64,000 bases of DNA, from positions 704,001-768,000 of the forward strand of contig CAVXLD010000003.1 in assembly GCA_963762565.1 (NCBI GenBank), written 5' to 3'. Shown here piece by piece: positions 1 through 9,194 of this stretch; position 1 is the first letter of the stretch; every line of letters starts with the position of its first letter. This DNA is from an uncultured Verrucomicrobiae bacterium (GTDB taxonomy: Bacteria; Verrucomicrobiota; Verrucomicrobiia; Chthoniobacterales; JAFAMB01). A program made the translations under genes and the position numbers. Under the pieces are notes generated by a model, which was not told where the DNA came from, did not search any database, and was given only the letters and a program-made list of their open reading frames with translations.

Positions 1-1017
1 GGAGATTTCTTAACGCCCGATATTAAGGCTGACTATACCTATCCGAGCGAATTCAAGCATGAAATTGCGAAGGTCGTTGGGGAATACTTATTGGATGTTC
101 GAGAATTCAGGTCGGACAAAAAGGAAGCCATTCTGAAAGAGATCTTCGAAATGACGCGCAAGCGATTCGAGTTGGCGCGTTATCTTCTGGCGGAAAAGGA
201 ATGGGACTTTTTCATGATGGTCGAGATTGGGGTAGACCGCATTCAACACGCTTTTTGGGCTTACATGGATAAGACCCATCGCAACTATTGTCCGGGTAAC
301 CCTTACGAAAACGCTATTTTTGACTACTACCAATTTGTCGATGCTCAGATCGGCGAGTTATTAAAGCTGGCAGACAAAGATACTACCGTATTCATCGTTT
401 CTGACCACGGAGCTCAAAAGATGGAGGGCTCGATTTGTATCAATGAGTGGTTAATTCGAGAGGGCTATCTTACGTTGCTGGAATCTCCGACGACGTTGAC
501 TCCATTTGCCAAGTTGAAGATCGATTGGTCTAAAACAAGCGCTTGGGGTGATGGTGGCTACTATTCTCGGATCTTCTTAAACGTGCGTGGACGAGAGCCT
601 CAAGGGATAGTTGACGCCGCCCAGTACGAGAGTCTGCGGACAGAACTAGCTGCGAAAATTGAGGCGATCCCAGATCCGAACGGAGCCTCGATTGGAACCA
701 GAGTGTTGCGGCCTGAAGATCTTTACAAATTCCGAAATGGGGTTGCGCCGGACCTAATGGCCTATTTCGGCAATCTAGCTTGGCGATCAGCCGGTACGGT
801 TGGTCGGAGCTCGATCTATACTTTTGAGAACGACACCGGTCCCGATGATGCCAATCACGGACAGTACGGAATCTTTATCGTCAGGCCGACCGCGTCGATG
901 GCAGGCCATAAGCTGTCGGGTTTGGAAATCCAAGATGTTGCGCCTACGGTTCTGAGGACCTTGGATGTTCCGATTCCCGACGACATGGAAGGTAAGGTTA
1001 TTCAAGAGGTGTGTTAG
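1..1017 (+). CDS. Alkaline phosphatase superfamily / type I phosphodiesterase-nucleotide pyrophosphatase (5'-partial)
   Basis: Frame is open from base 1. Motifs DRIQH, VSDHG, NHGQYGIFI and DVAPTVL...MEGK are typical of this family. Confidence 0.8.
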   Translation, partial: GDFLTPDIKADYTYPSEFKHEIAKVVGEYLLDVREFRSDKKEAILKEIFEMTRKRFELARYLLAEKEWDFFMMVEIGVDRIQHAFWAYMDKTHRNYCPGNPYENAIFDYYQFVDAQIGELLKLADKDTTVFIVSDHGAQKMEGSICINEWLIREGYLTLLESPTTLTPFAKLKIDWSKTSAWGDGGYYSRIFLNVRGREPQGIVDAAQYESLRTELAAKIEAIPDPNGASIGTRVLRPEDLYKFRNGVAPDLMAYFGNLAWRSAGTVGRSSIYTFENDTGPDDANHGQYGIFIVRPTASMAGHKLSGLEIQDVAPTVLRTLDVPIPDDMEGKVIQEVC

Positions 1018-1077
1018 GTTTGTGTAAGGCCCAATTCCGCACTGGAGGAATTGAGACTCTCTCGTTATAATCTGCGG

Positions 1078-1632
1078 ATGCGTTGCTGGTTTACCACCAT
1101 GGTCGCACTTTTCGTAGCTAGCGCGGTGCAGGCGGCGCTGTTGTTCCAGGATCGTCATGCCAGCGTAAATGGGCAAGAGACGGTCTATCGTTTCGAGGCG
1201 AACCCTGTGTCCACTACTGCTAGCATCGACCAATCGAAGGCGGTTAAAGTCGCAAAACTCTGGGCAGATGAATATTACGGGATTGGAGGCCTTGTCGTTG
1301 CTAACGCGCAAGAGCGAGCAATGCCGATGCGCTACTGGTTGATCGCTTTCAGGGCGCCCGGACAACCGAGGGACAGTACCTACTACTCTATTGTGTTGCC
1401 GGACGGTTCGGTGGTTGAGCCAAAGGTTTCACGACAAGGACTCACGGCGAGCCGTGGTCCGGTGGATGTCGCCAAAGCTAGCGACTTGATTGAGCCGCCG
1501 CCCAAGGGGGTCGAGATCCACGGCGAGATGATTTTTACCTATAGCTGGGGAAGAGGGTTAAGATGCAATGGCCCCTATGCCCCCGACCCGCTCTGGGACG
1601 CTCCATCTGTGGTTGCCCGGCCAGCGCCGTAG
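1078..1632 (+). CDS. Hypothetical exported protein
   Basis: Signal-peptide-like N-terminus (ALFVASAVQA) followed by a globular sequence. Start is uncertain. Confidence 0.55.
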   Translation: MRCWFTTMVALFVASAVQAALLFQDRHASVNGQETVYRFEANPVSTTASIDQSKAVKVAKLWADEYYGIGGLVVANAQERAMPMRYWLIAFRAPGQPRDSTYYSIVLPDGSVVEPKVSRQGLTASRGPVDVAKASDLIEPPPKGVEIHGEMIFTYSWGRGLRCNGPYAPDPLWDAPSVVARPAP

Positions 1633-1663
1633 CCTAGTGAGGCTTGGTTCTCGTCGTCGTCCT

Positions 1664-1800
1664 TCCGACGTCGCCAACGTCCCGGGTGTGGAGCGCGCCT
1701 CGCTTGCGAGGTCGACTTCCAGCGGTTAGCAACATAGACCATGGGCTTCGTCGGACAGGACTTCGGCGAGCTCAGTCGAGTCGCTGTCCTCGAATCCGGG
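1664..1800. repeat. Repeat family A2 (single GTGGAGCGCGCCTCGCTTGCGAGG core in a ~115-135 bp module)
   Basis: Near-identical direct copies at 29960-30074 and 43607-43724. Confidence 0.85.
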
Positions 1801-1941
1801 CACGCGGACTGGTGGAACACTGGAGTGCCGGAGTATTGCGCTTGTTCCGGATCGCGGACACGGGGCTGGGGATGCTTTAGGCTGCACCATCGTTCGGGAC
1901 TGGAAAGTTGCCTGCCGAGCGTTTTAAAAACGGCGCCCCTA

Positions 1942-2334
1942 TTAGTCCGCTCTCTCTCCGACCTCGCGGCCCAGGGGTATATTTCGATTCAAGAAGTAGA
2001 CCCACGCCCAGAGTCGCGGCCTTACGAGAGGAACTTGGCGGCGAATAAAGAGGGACGCTCGTGGATTCGCCGGATCGAATCCTTCGTAGAAGTCCAGTGT
2101 GCGGATCACATCCGGATCGATAACCCGAAATATCTCGATCGCAGTCATTCCCGGACCCTCGACTAACCCGGGAAAGGCCCTCTGCCAGAAGAGCCGGCCT
2201 CTGATCAAACCGCAACCGAAGAATTGAATCCGTGAGGCCGCCCCGGGGAGTTTCTGAAACAGAGATCGACGCCGGAGCGTGCCATAGACGGCCAGGAAAT
2301 TGTAGTAATCAGTAGTCAGTGGGTCAGTATCCAG
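1942..2334 (-). CDS. Gamma-glutamylcyclotransferase (GGCT/AIG2-like) family protein
   Basis: Reading upstream of the ORF-track start gives in-frame FLAVYGTLRR. LDFYEG and AWVYFL follow. Only CTG candidate starts are present (2334, 2319, 2295). Confidence 0.7.
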   Translation of the reverse strand: MDTDPLTTDYYNFLAVYGTLRRRSLFQKLPGAASRIQFFGCGLIRGRLFWQRAFPGLVEGPGMTAIEIFRVIDPDVIRTLDFYEGFDPANPRASLFIRRQVPLVRPRLWAWVYFLNRNIPLGREVGERAD

Positions 2335-2392
2335 TTTAGGAGCTAGGATCTAGGAGCTAGGATCTAGGAGCGGGCGCCAAAGGGGGCGCTAC

Positions 2393-2579
2393 CCGTGGAG
2401 CGCTGCCTCGCTTGCGAGGCCGTGGTGAGCAGGGATGAATCACGACACATACGTATCTCGGTCAGCGCTCTGTATCGCAAAGTTTGCCTCTTCACACAAA
2501 AAAGCGTGGGCCGACGATGGGCATGTCAAGTAATAAGCGTTGCTCACCACGGTCTCGCAAGCGAGGCAGCGCTCCACGG
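2393..2579. repeat. Repeat family A1 inverted doublet (REPIN-like)
   Basis: CCGTGGAGCGCTGCCTCGCTTGCGAGGCCGTGGTGAGCA and its reverse complement. Also at 15151-15341 and 48066-48272. Confidence 0.9.
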
Positions 2580-2624
2580 CGGCGCCGCCTCCTAGCTCCT
2601 AAACTGATTACTGGACAAGCCTCC

Positions 2625-2951
2625 TCAGAACAGCGGCGCCGCAACAATAGCCGGCCGGCCTGGTCTGTTGGTGGTAGTTGGCGCGTTCTGCGTCGCTGGC
2701 ACGTTCTGCGAGGGGCCAGCATTTGGTTGCTGATCTGCCGGAGAAACCGTTTGGGCCGGATCGTGGGCCGGATTGTCGTTCGGTGCTTCCTTGGCGTCTT
2801 TCGGATGAGCCGGGTGATGATGAACGGCATGAGATTGCGGTTGTGGCCGCACAAAAAAATTCTTGAGTGCATCGAACGGACCGGCACTCGCCGGTTGCGC
2901 CAGAATACTTGCCGATAACAGCAGGACGGTGGTTAACTGAGCCACTTTCAT
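2625..2951 (-). CDS. Small exported Pro/Gln/His-rich hypothetical protein
   Basis: Clear signal peptide MKVAQLTTVLLLSASILAQPASA and a low-complexity tail. Confidence 0.6.
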   Translation of the reverse strand: MKVAQLTTVLLLSASILAQPASAGPFDALKNFFVRPQPQSHAVHHHPAHPKDAKEAPNDNPAHDPAQTVSPADQQPNAGPSQNVPATQNAPTTTNRPGRPAIVAAPLF

Positions 2952-3001
2952 ATTTCAGGATCTTTCTTTTAAGGACACAGAAGCCAGGAAGATAAAAGCC
3001 T

Positions 3002-3163
3002 AACCGCAGATGTACGCAGATTAAGAATCGAACCGCGGCTTCGCCGAACAAGCCGCGAAGGATGCGAACAAGTCGGGCCCAATTTGCAATGATCAGTGTT
3101 CATTCCCGATACGGGTTTTAGCGAGCTGACCTTATCTGCGTCAATCTGCGTTCATCTGCGGTT
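3002..3163. repeat. Decamer inverted-arm element (CGCAGATnnA ... ATCTGCGTnn)
   Basis: AACCGCAGATGTACGCAGAT ... ATCTGCGTCAATCTGCGTTCATCTGCGGTT. Second copy at 14052-14243. Confidence 0.8.
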
Positions 3164-3199
3164 GGTTTTCTCCGCTTCGTGTCTTTGCGTTAAGTCTGT

Positions 3200-4192
3200 T
3201 TAGCCGGACGGCACCACCACGACCTCGCCGGCTTCATTGGCTTCAAGAGCAACCTCGTGTGCTCCTTGATCTTTCGCCTGCAACAATTGGTTAGCCAGCA
3301 TCTCATCGAGGATTCGTTCCAACTCACGAATACCGAATCGGCTGACCTTCTCGTTAGCGGCTAACGCCTGGAGCAATAGCTCGGGAGCCACGAAATGTAC
3401 TTTTAGCCGGTATTGTTCAGCTAACTTGGCGATCTTGAGCAGAGCGATCTCGGCGATGACCATACCGCTCAAAGGCTGGAAGACGTATACCCGGTCAATT
3501 CGTCCCACGATCTCCGGGCGGAACACTTTTGATTCAGCCAGATAGGTTTTAATCGAGTTTACCATTTCATGGTAATCCGTCACTTCCCGTTGGATCTGCC
3601 CAATCTGCTCTGCATTAGCATTACTCGTTAAAACGATAATGGTTTGCGAAAAATCGACTGCTTTTCCGCTCCCTTGTTCGGTGAGACGTGCTTCACCCAT
3701 GAGTTGCAGGAACAGATCAAACACCGGTGGGTAGGCTTTTTCGATCTCATCAAAAAGGATCAAGCGTCTTGGGCTGGCCATGACCGGACGGGTGAGCTGT
3801 CCGCCTTGTTCGGAAGAGATGTAGCCGGCGGGGACACCAATTAGCCGGTCTTTAGAGTGGGAGCCATTCAACTCGGAGCAATCGAAACGGAGCATGGCCT
3901 TTTCCTCTTTGAAAAGGAAAGTGGCGATCGCTTTTGCTAACTCGGTCTTGCCGGTGCCGGTCGGGCCCAGGAACAGCAGATTCGCAATTGGACGAGTCTT
4001 TTGTTGTTTGGCCGCCTGTAGCCGAATCAACCTGGCCACATCTTTTATAATGACATCCTGACCTTTAACCCGCGCCTGGAGATGCTCCAATAGCGCCGGC
4101 TCGTCGATCCTCATGGTCTTGCCGTCATCATCCTGATTTTCGAGCAACCGCTTGAGCTGCTCCCAATCTGTCATGCCACGGATGTCAGCCAT
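3200..4192 (-). CDS. Stand-alone ClpB/ClpA D2-type AAA+ ATPase (soluble)
   Basis: VKGQD, Walker A GPTGTGKT, pore loop LIGVPAGY, Walker B LFDEIEKA, TSN sensor 1, RPEIVGRID, GIRELER. No Clp N-domain or D1. Confidence 0.85.
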   Translation of the reverse strand: MADIRGMTDWEQLKRLLENQDDDGKTMRIDEPALLEHLQARVKGQDVIIKDVARLIRLQAAKQQKTRPIANLLFLGPTGTGKTELAKAIATFLFKEEKAMLRFDCSELNGSHSKDRLIGVPAGYISSEQGGQLTRPVMASPRRLILFDEIEKAYPPVFDLFLQLMGEARLTEQGSGKAVDFSQTIIVLTSNANAEQIGQIQREVTDYHEMVNSIKTYLAESKVFRPEIVGRIDRVYVFQPLSGMVIAEIALLKIAKLAEQYRLKVHFVAPELLLQALAANEKVSRFGIRELERILDEMLANQLLQAKDQGAHEVALEANEAGEVVVVPSG

Positions 4193-4254
4193 TGTTAGTA
4201 CTTCTATTTCACCACAAAGGCGCGGAGAACACAAAGATTAACCTTGAAAGCCTT

Positions 4255-6105
4255 TTATTCGGCGCGCTCATTTGAGGTCACCGCTTGTTTGTCGGAAATC
4301 CGAACTGTGGAAAAACCGTCCTTGTTGCTCTGGGTCGGTTGATCGCTGAAGGTGGTGTTGGTGAGGCTGACATAACCGCGGTTGAGCGCCGAAACTCCGT
4401 AGGTCCGGTTAGATCCGATCGTGGAGTTTTCCAGGGTGATCATGGAGCTTTCAGTGGCCTGAGCACCGATATCGTTCTGTTCCAACGTGCAACTGGTGAG
4501 TGCGATTTTTGCCTCATTCCTGGCTACGACTCCCGTACCCTGGAAGCTCAGGAACTGACATTGCTGGCCGTGCACCTGTGAATTCGAACCCACGGTTTCT
4601 AACCCGTTTCCTTTTCCGCCTTTGACATCGCAGCCGGCCATTTCGAGCATCGATCCGGTATCGACATAGATCGAGCTATCCCAGGCGTCGCCATTGATAT
4701 GGCAATTGAATAGCTTCAGATAGCTGGCCCGGGTTAGCCGCGCCGCCTGTCCGGCTTGGCCGGACAAGGTGACATTCTCTAGTTGAGCAGATCCGCCCTT
4801 TGCCACGTTGGCTGCACTTACACCCAAATCGACGCCGTATTGGCCCCCCTGAATGGTGATATCCTTCAAACTAGCCTGCGCCTGATCAGCGACTAAGACG
4901 CCGGCGAATTGCACATCAGTGAAGGTCGTATTTGTCACGGTAGCAACCGAACCCTGACCGATAACCAGGAGATTCGCGAAATTTGCCGCTGAATCGCCAC
5001 CTTTCGGAATTTGGCCGCAGCCTTGGAATTTGCAGCCGTCCATCGTAAGCTGACCTCCGTTCCAAACCAGCACCGCTCTTGGATTGGAAACGAACTCGCA
5101 GCCGGTTAAGGTGAGCTTTCCAGGAGTATTCTGCTCAGAAGTACTTGCTGCCACCGTATACTTCCAGTAGCCCTCGCGGCTCTTTTCAAAACGGCAGTTT
5201 GTTAACATCATTATCCCCTGGGCATCCGTGACTACGCCCGTGTTTTCCGTAAAGGTACAGCGATTGAACTCAGCAGATCCCGTACTGGTGAAATAGACCA
5301 GGGAGGCGTCTTTAGAGTCGCTAATATTATTATCGAATTTGGAGTCGTTTATGACCACGGAACCCTGTTCAGTACAATCGACGCACCTTAGGTTTTCTTC
5401 GAAAGTACAACCTTGGATAGTGGCCTTAGCGTATCCTTTGACGGTACAGGCAAACCCCTTGCCTACCGAGCGCAGGGAACTGTCCTGCAAGGTCAACTGA
5501 GCATTGTCTGACAGCGCAATGCAATTGCTTCCCCGGGAAACGAAATTGCAGTTTTTGATTTGCACAACTGATTGCGAAATGGCTGAGATGAGGACGGATC
5601 CGCCTTCTGATGTTTCGCCGAAATCGAGATTCTGAAGTGTCACCTGGCCGCCAGTGATCACACAGCCGGTGCCGGAATAGTGGATTGAAGCCCGGACGCC
5701 AGTCTTTTGATCGGTGTCGCCGGTGATAACGACTGACTTCGCTAGAGCTAGCGGGCCGTTATAACTGCCGGGTTTTACCTGAACGGTGTCACCGTCCTGT
5801 AGGCTGTTTACAATTTGGGCAAAATCCTTAGCGTCGGAATCTGCCGCTCCGGTAGAATCGAGCACCCACTGCCGTCCATGCTTCGGGTTACTGAGGACTT
5901 GCGATTGCGAGGTTACCTGGTTGTTGGTCGTCGTCTGGTTGTTATTGGTGGTCTGAGTGCTGCTCGTGGTCTGGGTGCTGGTACTCGAAACGAATTTACC
6001 CGTGAACATATCCACCACCGTGGTACACAGCGCGACTAACCCGACCAGCGAGCAAACGATGACCCACTGGTTTTTGATTAACAGTCGAAAATCAAGTCCT
6101 CTCAC
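4255..6105 (-). CDS. Membrane-anchored right-handed parallel beta-helix protein
   Basis: N-terminal hydrophobic helix, S/T/N/Q linker, GDTVQVKPGSY cap, then many ~22-aa repeats (xxCxFxxN). The GTG start overlaps the upstream stop (GTGA). Confidence 0.8.
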   Translation of the reverse strand: MRGLDFRLLIKNQWVIVCSLVGLVALCTTVVDMFTGKFVSSTSTQTTSSTQTTNNNQTTTNNQVTSQSQVLSNPKHGRQWVLDSTGAADSDAKDFAQIVNSLQDGDTVQVKPGSYNGPLALAKSVVITGDTDQKTGVRASIHYSGTGCVITGGQVTLQNLDFGETSEGGSVLISAISQSVVQIKNCNFVSRGSNCIALSDNAQLTLQDSSLRSVGKGFACTVKGYAKATIQGCTFEENLRCVDCTEQGSVVINDSKFDNNISDSKDASLVYFTSTGSAEFNRCTFTENTGVVTDAQGIMMLTNCRFEKSREGYWKYTVAASTSEQNTPGKLTLTGCEFVSNPRAVLVWNGGQLTMDGCKFQGCGQIPKGGDSAANFANLLVIGQGSVATVTNTTFTDVQFAGVLVADQAQASLKDITIQGGQYGVDLGVSAANVAKGGSAQLENVTLSGQAGQAARLTRASYLKLFNCHINGDAWDSSIYVDTGSMLEMAGCDVKGGKGNGLETVGSNSQVHGQQCQFLSFQGTGVVARNEAKIALTSCTLEQNDIGAQATESSMITLENSTIGSNRTYGVSALNRGYVSLTNTTFSDQPTQSNKDGFSTVRISDKQAVTSNERAE

Positions 6106-7301
6106 TGCATTGACACTCCCGATGCACCCAATTCTTCTTCCAGAACGGGTTGGATTAACAGCTCGTTATTCGGCCCGGCCTCTAGCCGAACCTTAGTAAA
6201 ACCCGAAGTTCGCGCCTGCACGATGGCGGAATTGGTCGTTTGCTTAAGATAATTCTCAAGCTGGCGGACGCCGTACTGTTTGAACTCGACATTCTTGGCG
6301 ACGGTATCGAGCAGGATTTCGGGAGAAGTATAGGTCAACTCGATCCCATAGTCGCGCCAGTACCGAGCCAACTGGAGGCAAGCGACTTCGGCGACATGGT
6401 ACGCAGAGAGCTCGTCCATGAGAATGATATGAGCCCAACGGGCAAGAAAAGCGCGATCGAATCCCGCATTGTCGACTAGCGCATCGCGGCTCTGTCCAAG
6501 CCATAGAGCTTGATCTTTGGTTGGGTTGATTTCTTGGCGCAATTTTCTCAGTGCCTCTACGCCGGCGTTGCTGGTCCCAAAGAAGACGCACTGGCTGAAA
6601 TCGACTTCTTTTCCGCTGCTTTTCTCGCGGCAAGTGCCGGCGTCCAATATGTCGAACAAGCAATGATGCAAATCGGGGTGAGCCTTCTCTAGCTCATCCA
6701 AAATGACCACCCGTTTCGGATTAATCAGCACCGGTCTGGTGAGAGAGCCTCCCACCTCATATCCAGGCATACCCGGGGGCGGCCCGAGCAGCGTCTGAAC
6801 ATCGTTAGGCGTCTTGTATTGATTCATCCGCAGGATTACCGGATCGCTGTCGGGGTACAAAGCTTGGGCCAGCAACTGTGGCAGGAAGGTTTTTCCCGTA
6901 CCAGTTGGACCGACTAACAAGAAGGATCCTAAGAGTTGTCCTGGCTGAGCAATGGCAACCTGACTGCGTAAACTTGAGCTCACGATCTCGATCGCCTCGT
7001 CCTGTCCGCGAACATTGGTCTTTAGCCACTGTTCGGTTTGGGCAAAATCGATGTTGCCCAGCCTGGAGAAGTTCTCTTCTCGCGCTCGAGACGGAGTAGG
7101 AACCCCAGCGCCCATCTGCCGAATTGCGACGTAGACCAGGCCGCCAATTGCCAGGAGAAGAAGAACTGGGGAGAACCAGGCGCTGACTTGGTTCAAAGCA
7201 ATGACGGCGCCTGACAGCGTAACAATCAAGCCGGCCAGCATAGCGGGCGCTAGAGGCTGTTCCGAGCTGCGCTCGAACCAGGAATGCGTCGGGGAACTCA
7301 T
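6102..7301 (-). CDS. Membrane-anchored ClpB D2-type AAA+ ATPase
   Basis: Two N-terminal hydrophobic helices, VRGQDEA, GPTGTGKT, ILDELEKAHP, GTSN, FLARW, GVRQL. Confidence 0.85.
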   Translation of the reverse strand: MSSPTHSWFERSSEQPLAPAMLAGLIVTLSGAVIALNQVSAWFSPVLLLLAIGGLVYVAIRQMGAGVPTPSRAREENFSRLGNIDFAQTEQWLKTNVRGQDEAIEIVSSSLRSQVAIAQPGQLLGSFLLVGPTGTGKTFLPQLLAQALYPDSDPVILRMNQYKTPNDVQTLLGPPPGMPGYEVGGSLTRPVLINPKRVVILDELEKAHPDLHHCLFDILDAGTCREKSSGKEVDFSQCVFFGTSNAGVEALRKLRQEINPTKDQALWLGQSRDALVDNAGFDRAFLARWAHIILMDELSAYHVAEVACLQLARYWRDYGIELTYTSPEILLDTVAKNVEFKQYGVRQLENYLKQTTNSAIVQARTSGFTKVRLEAGPNNELLIQPVLEEELGASGVSMQ

Positions 7302-7321
7302 TTGATTTAGCCCTAAGGCGC

Positions 7322-8086
7322 TTACCGGCGTTGCATCTCTAAATTAGCCTGACCGCCGGTAGCGAGGGGAGGGGTGTGAAGAACAATGCCCTCATTCGAT
7401 GGAACGAAGCAAGTCACCGTTCCTTGAGGACCGGCAGAATCGACCACGAAGTGGAAATTAGTGACCGATTTCCGGCTGACTGGGACAATAGTAGTTTTTG
7501 GATGTTCCTCGGTTAAGACGTCCGTAAGCGCTAGCTGCCCATCGATGCTCACATAAACGTGGACCATGATTCCGCTTGCCTTGGCCGGGTCGAACAACTG
7601 TTTCCGGGTTAGGTCCATCTCCCCGTTCTTGATCTTCTCCAGCGCCTGTTGGCTTGTGTTCCTGAGATAGGAAGGAACTTCGCCGCGTTGCAGTGAATCC
7701 CGAGCCTGTTGGGTCAGTTGTTGATCAATGTCGCCGTCCGACAACATCAGGACCTGAGAAGTGGATGTGGCTCCGGCGTGCTGCCACGCGTAGTAGCCGC
7801 CTCCGGCGATGCCTGCGGCGGCCATCAGCACCAACAAATAAATGAGCGCTGATTTTCGCCAGTCCTTTTTCACCGGGTGACCGTTTTGCGGCTGATCCGA
7901 CATACCAGAGGCCGCTGTTTGGGGGACATAGGCTCGTCCCGAGCGCGAACCGCGGCGATCGGATTGATCCTGGCCCACCTTTGGCCCTAAGCGTTTGATC
8001 GCTCGCTGATCGCCCTGGGTCGTATCATATCCAGGTACGGTCGTCTTTCGTATCGCGGGATCGGATCTCTCTGGCACCGGTTCCAT
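7322..8086 (-). CDS. Single-pass membrane hypothetical protein
   Basis: Disordered N-terminus, KKDWRK then a hydrophobic helix, and a beta-rich C-domain. Lies 20 bp upstream of the ATPase gene. Confidence 0.7.
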   Translation of the reverse strand: MEPVPERSDPAIRKTTVPGYDTTQGDQRAIKRLGPKVGQDQSDRRGSRSGRAYVPQTAASGMSDQPQNGHPVKKDWRKSALIYLLVLMAAAGIAGGGYYAWQHAGATSTSQVLMLSDGDIDQQLTQQARDSLQRGEVPSYLRNTSQQALEKIKNGEMDLTRKQLFDPAKASGIMVHVYVSIDGQLALTDVLTEEHPKTTIVPVSRKSVTNFHFVVDSAGPQGTVTCFVPSNEGIVLHTPPLATGGQANLEMQRR

Positions 8087-8344
8087 AAGAAGTATTGGTA
8101 TCTTGACGTCGGCCTCCCCGAATTACTCCATACCCTAGAGAGTAAAAATCGGCCCCGAGTGTACCAAGAATTCGACAAATGTCGATGCGTTAGGCGCTTT
8201 CATGGAATCTGCGCTCTATTTTCCGCACCTCTGGGTGATGTGGGTTGGGGGAATGATCGTTTGGGCGGGCTTCGTCTCGCAGGGACTCGAGGACCATCCC
8301 AAAGAGACTGGACTCAGCCCGAGGTCAAGAGACGTGTGTCTCTC

Positions 8345-9183
8345 GTCCCGAAGGGACTGAACGATGGTAGCCTGGCATGAAATGCCTGGGAAAGGCCCCA
8401 AACCGACCCGTCCCGTAGGGTACGGTATGATCGGGGCGGCTAGCCCCAGAGATATTTTTCGTCAAGATTGCCGCCGTGCCCCTTGAGAAAAGCTAGATAC
8501 TCTTCTTTAAACGTCCGGGTTCGGTGATGTTCGAGCTGCCGTTCGATGTAACAGACGGTTTCAGGTATTTGCGATATGCCAACGCTAAAGGCGCCGTACC
8601 CCTGCTGCCAGGCAAAGTTCCGCAAATGCGGATAGGTCTGATGTATCCAGCCTGACGAACCTGTTTTGATCAATTGAACTGCTTTTGCTATTCCCATGGT
8701 GGTCGGGAGCGCGAGGAGGAGGTGAACATGATCTGCGGCGCCGCCGATGCATTTTGGAACAATTCCATTCTGTTTGGCAATGCCACCTATGTAAGGCCAA
8801 AGACGTTCTCTAATATCGGGAGTCAAAACGGGAACGCGCTCTTTTGTGCTAAAGACACAATGGATGTGCAGGCACGAGAAGGTATTCGCCATAGAGCGTA
8901 TGATCCAAAAAATCGCTAATAGTGATAACACTAAGGAGTGATGTTATGTGTTACCTATCCGATTTCGCCAGGTGTCATCGCATGAGGGTGAGGAATGCGT
9001 GAGGGCATTGCGCTACGGGCAGGACCTCTATCATACCGTCCCTCTGGGACGGGTCGCATAGGGGGCTATTTTCCAGGCATTTCATGCCAGGCTACCATCG
9101 TTCGGTCCCTCCGGGACGGCTCGCATAGGGGGCCATTTTCCAGCATCTCATGCCAGGCTACTTTCATTCAGTCCCTACGGGAC
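8345..9183. mobile_element. IS200-like/RAYT element: transposase enclosed by inverted REP arms (family E)
   Basis: Left arm 8345-8431 (GTCCCGnAGGGAC, GTAGCCTGGCATGAAATGCCTGG). The reverse-complement right arm at 9030-9183 is partly duplicated. Confidence 0.75.
8440..8892 (-). CDS. tnpA: Y1 (HUH) tyrosine transposase, IS200/RAYT type
   Basis: HCVFSTKER, HUH motif DHVHLL, WQQGYGAFSV, catalytic YIERQ; 150 aa. Confidence 0.9.
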   Translation of the reverse strand: MANTFSCLHIHCVFSTKERVPVLTPDIRERLWPYIGGIAKQNGIVPKCIGGAADHVHLLLALPTTMGIAKAVQLIKTGSSGWIHQTYPHLRNFAWQQGYGAFSVGISQIPETVCYIERQLEHHRTRTFKEEYLAFLKGHGGNLDEKYLWG

Positions 9184-9194
9184 AAACCTACCCC

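Noticed and set aside
2395..2595. ORFs such as MERCLACEAVV, MWSAPRLRGRLPAV, PPGGEPLW (also ~1644, 29982, 43483, 47917, 50911)
   Set aside because: They are translations of repeat families A and B; their mutual similarity is DNA-repeat similarity.
3200..4192. These ATPases as the missing proteasomal ATPase for UBact
   Set aside because: They are Clp-clade rather than ARC/Mpa-type, lie 24 kb away and have no HbYX-like tail.
3200..7301. Frameshifted or split clpB, or T6SS ClpV
   Set aside because: Both ORFs are complete D2-type paralogs separated by an intact gene. No D1, N-domain or T6SS genes are present.
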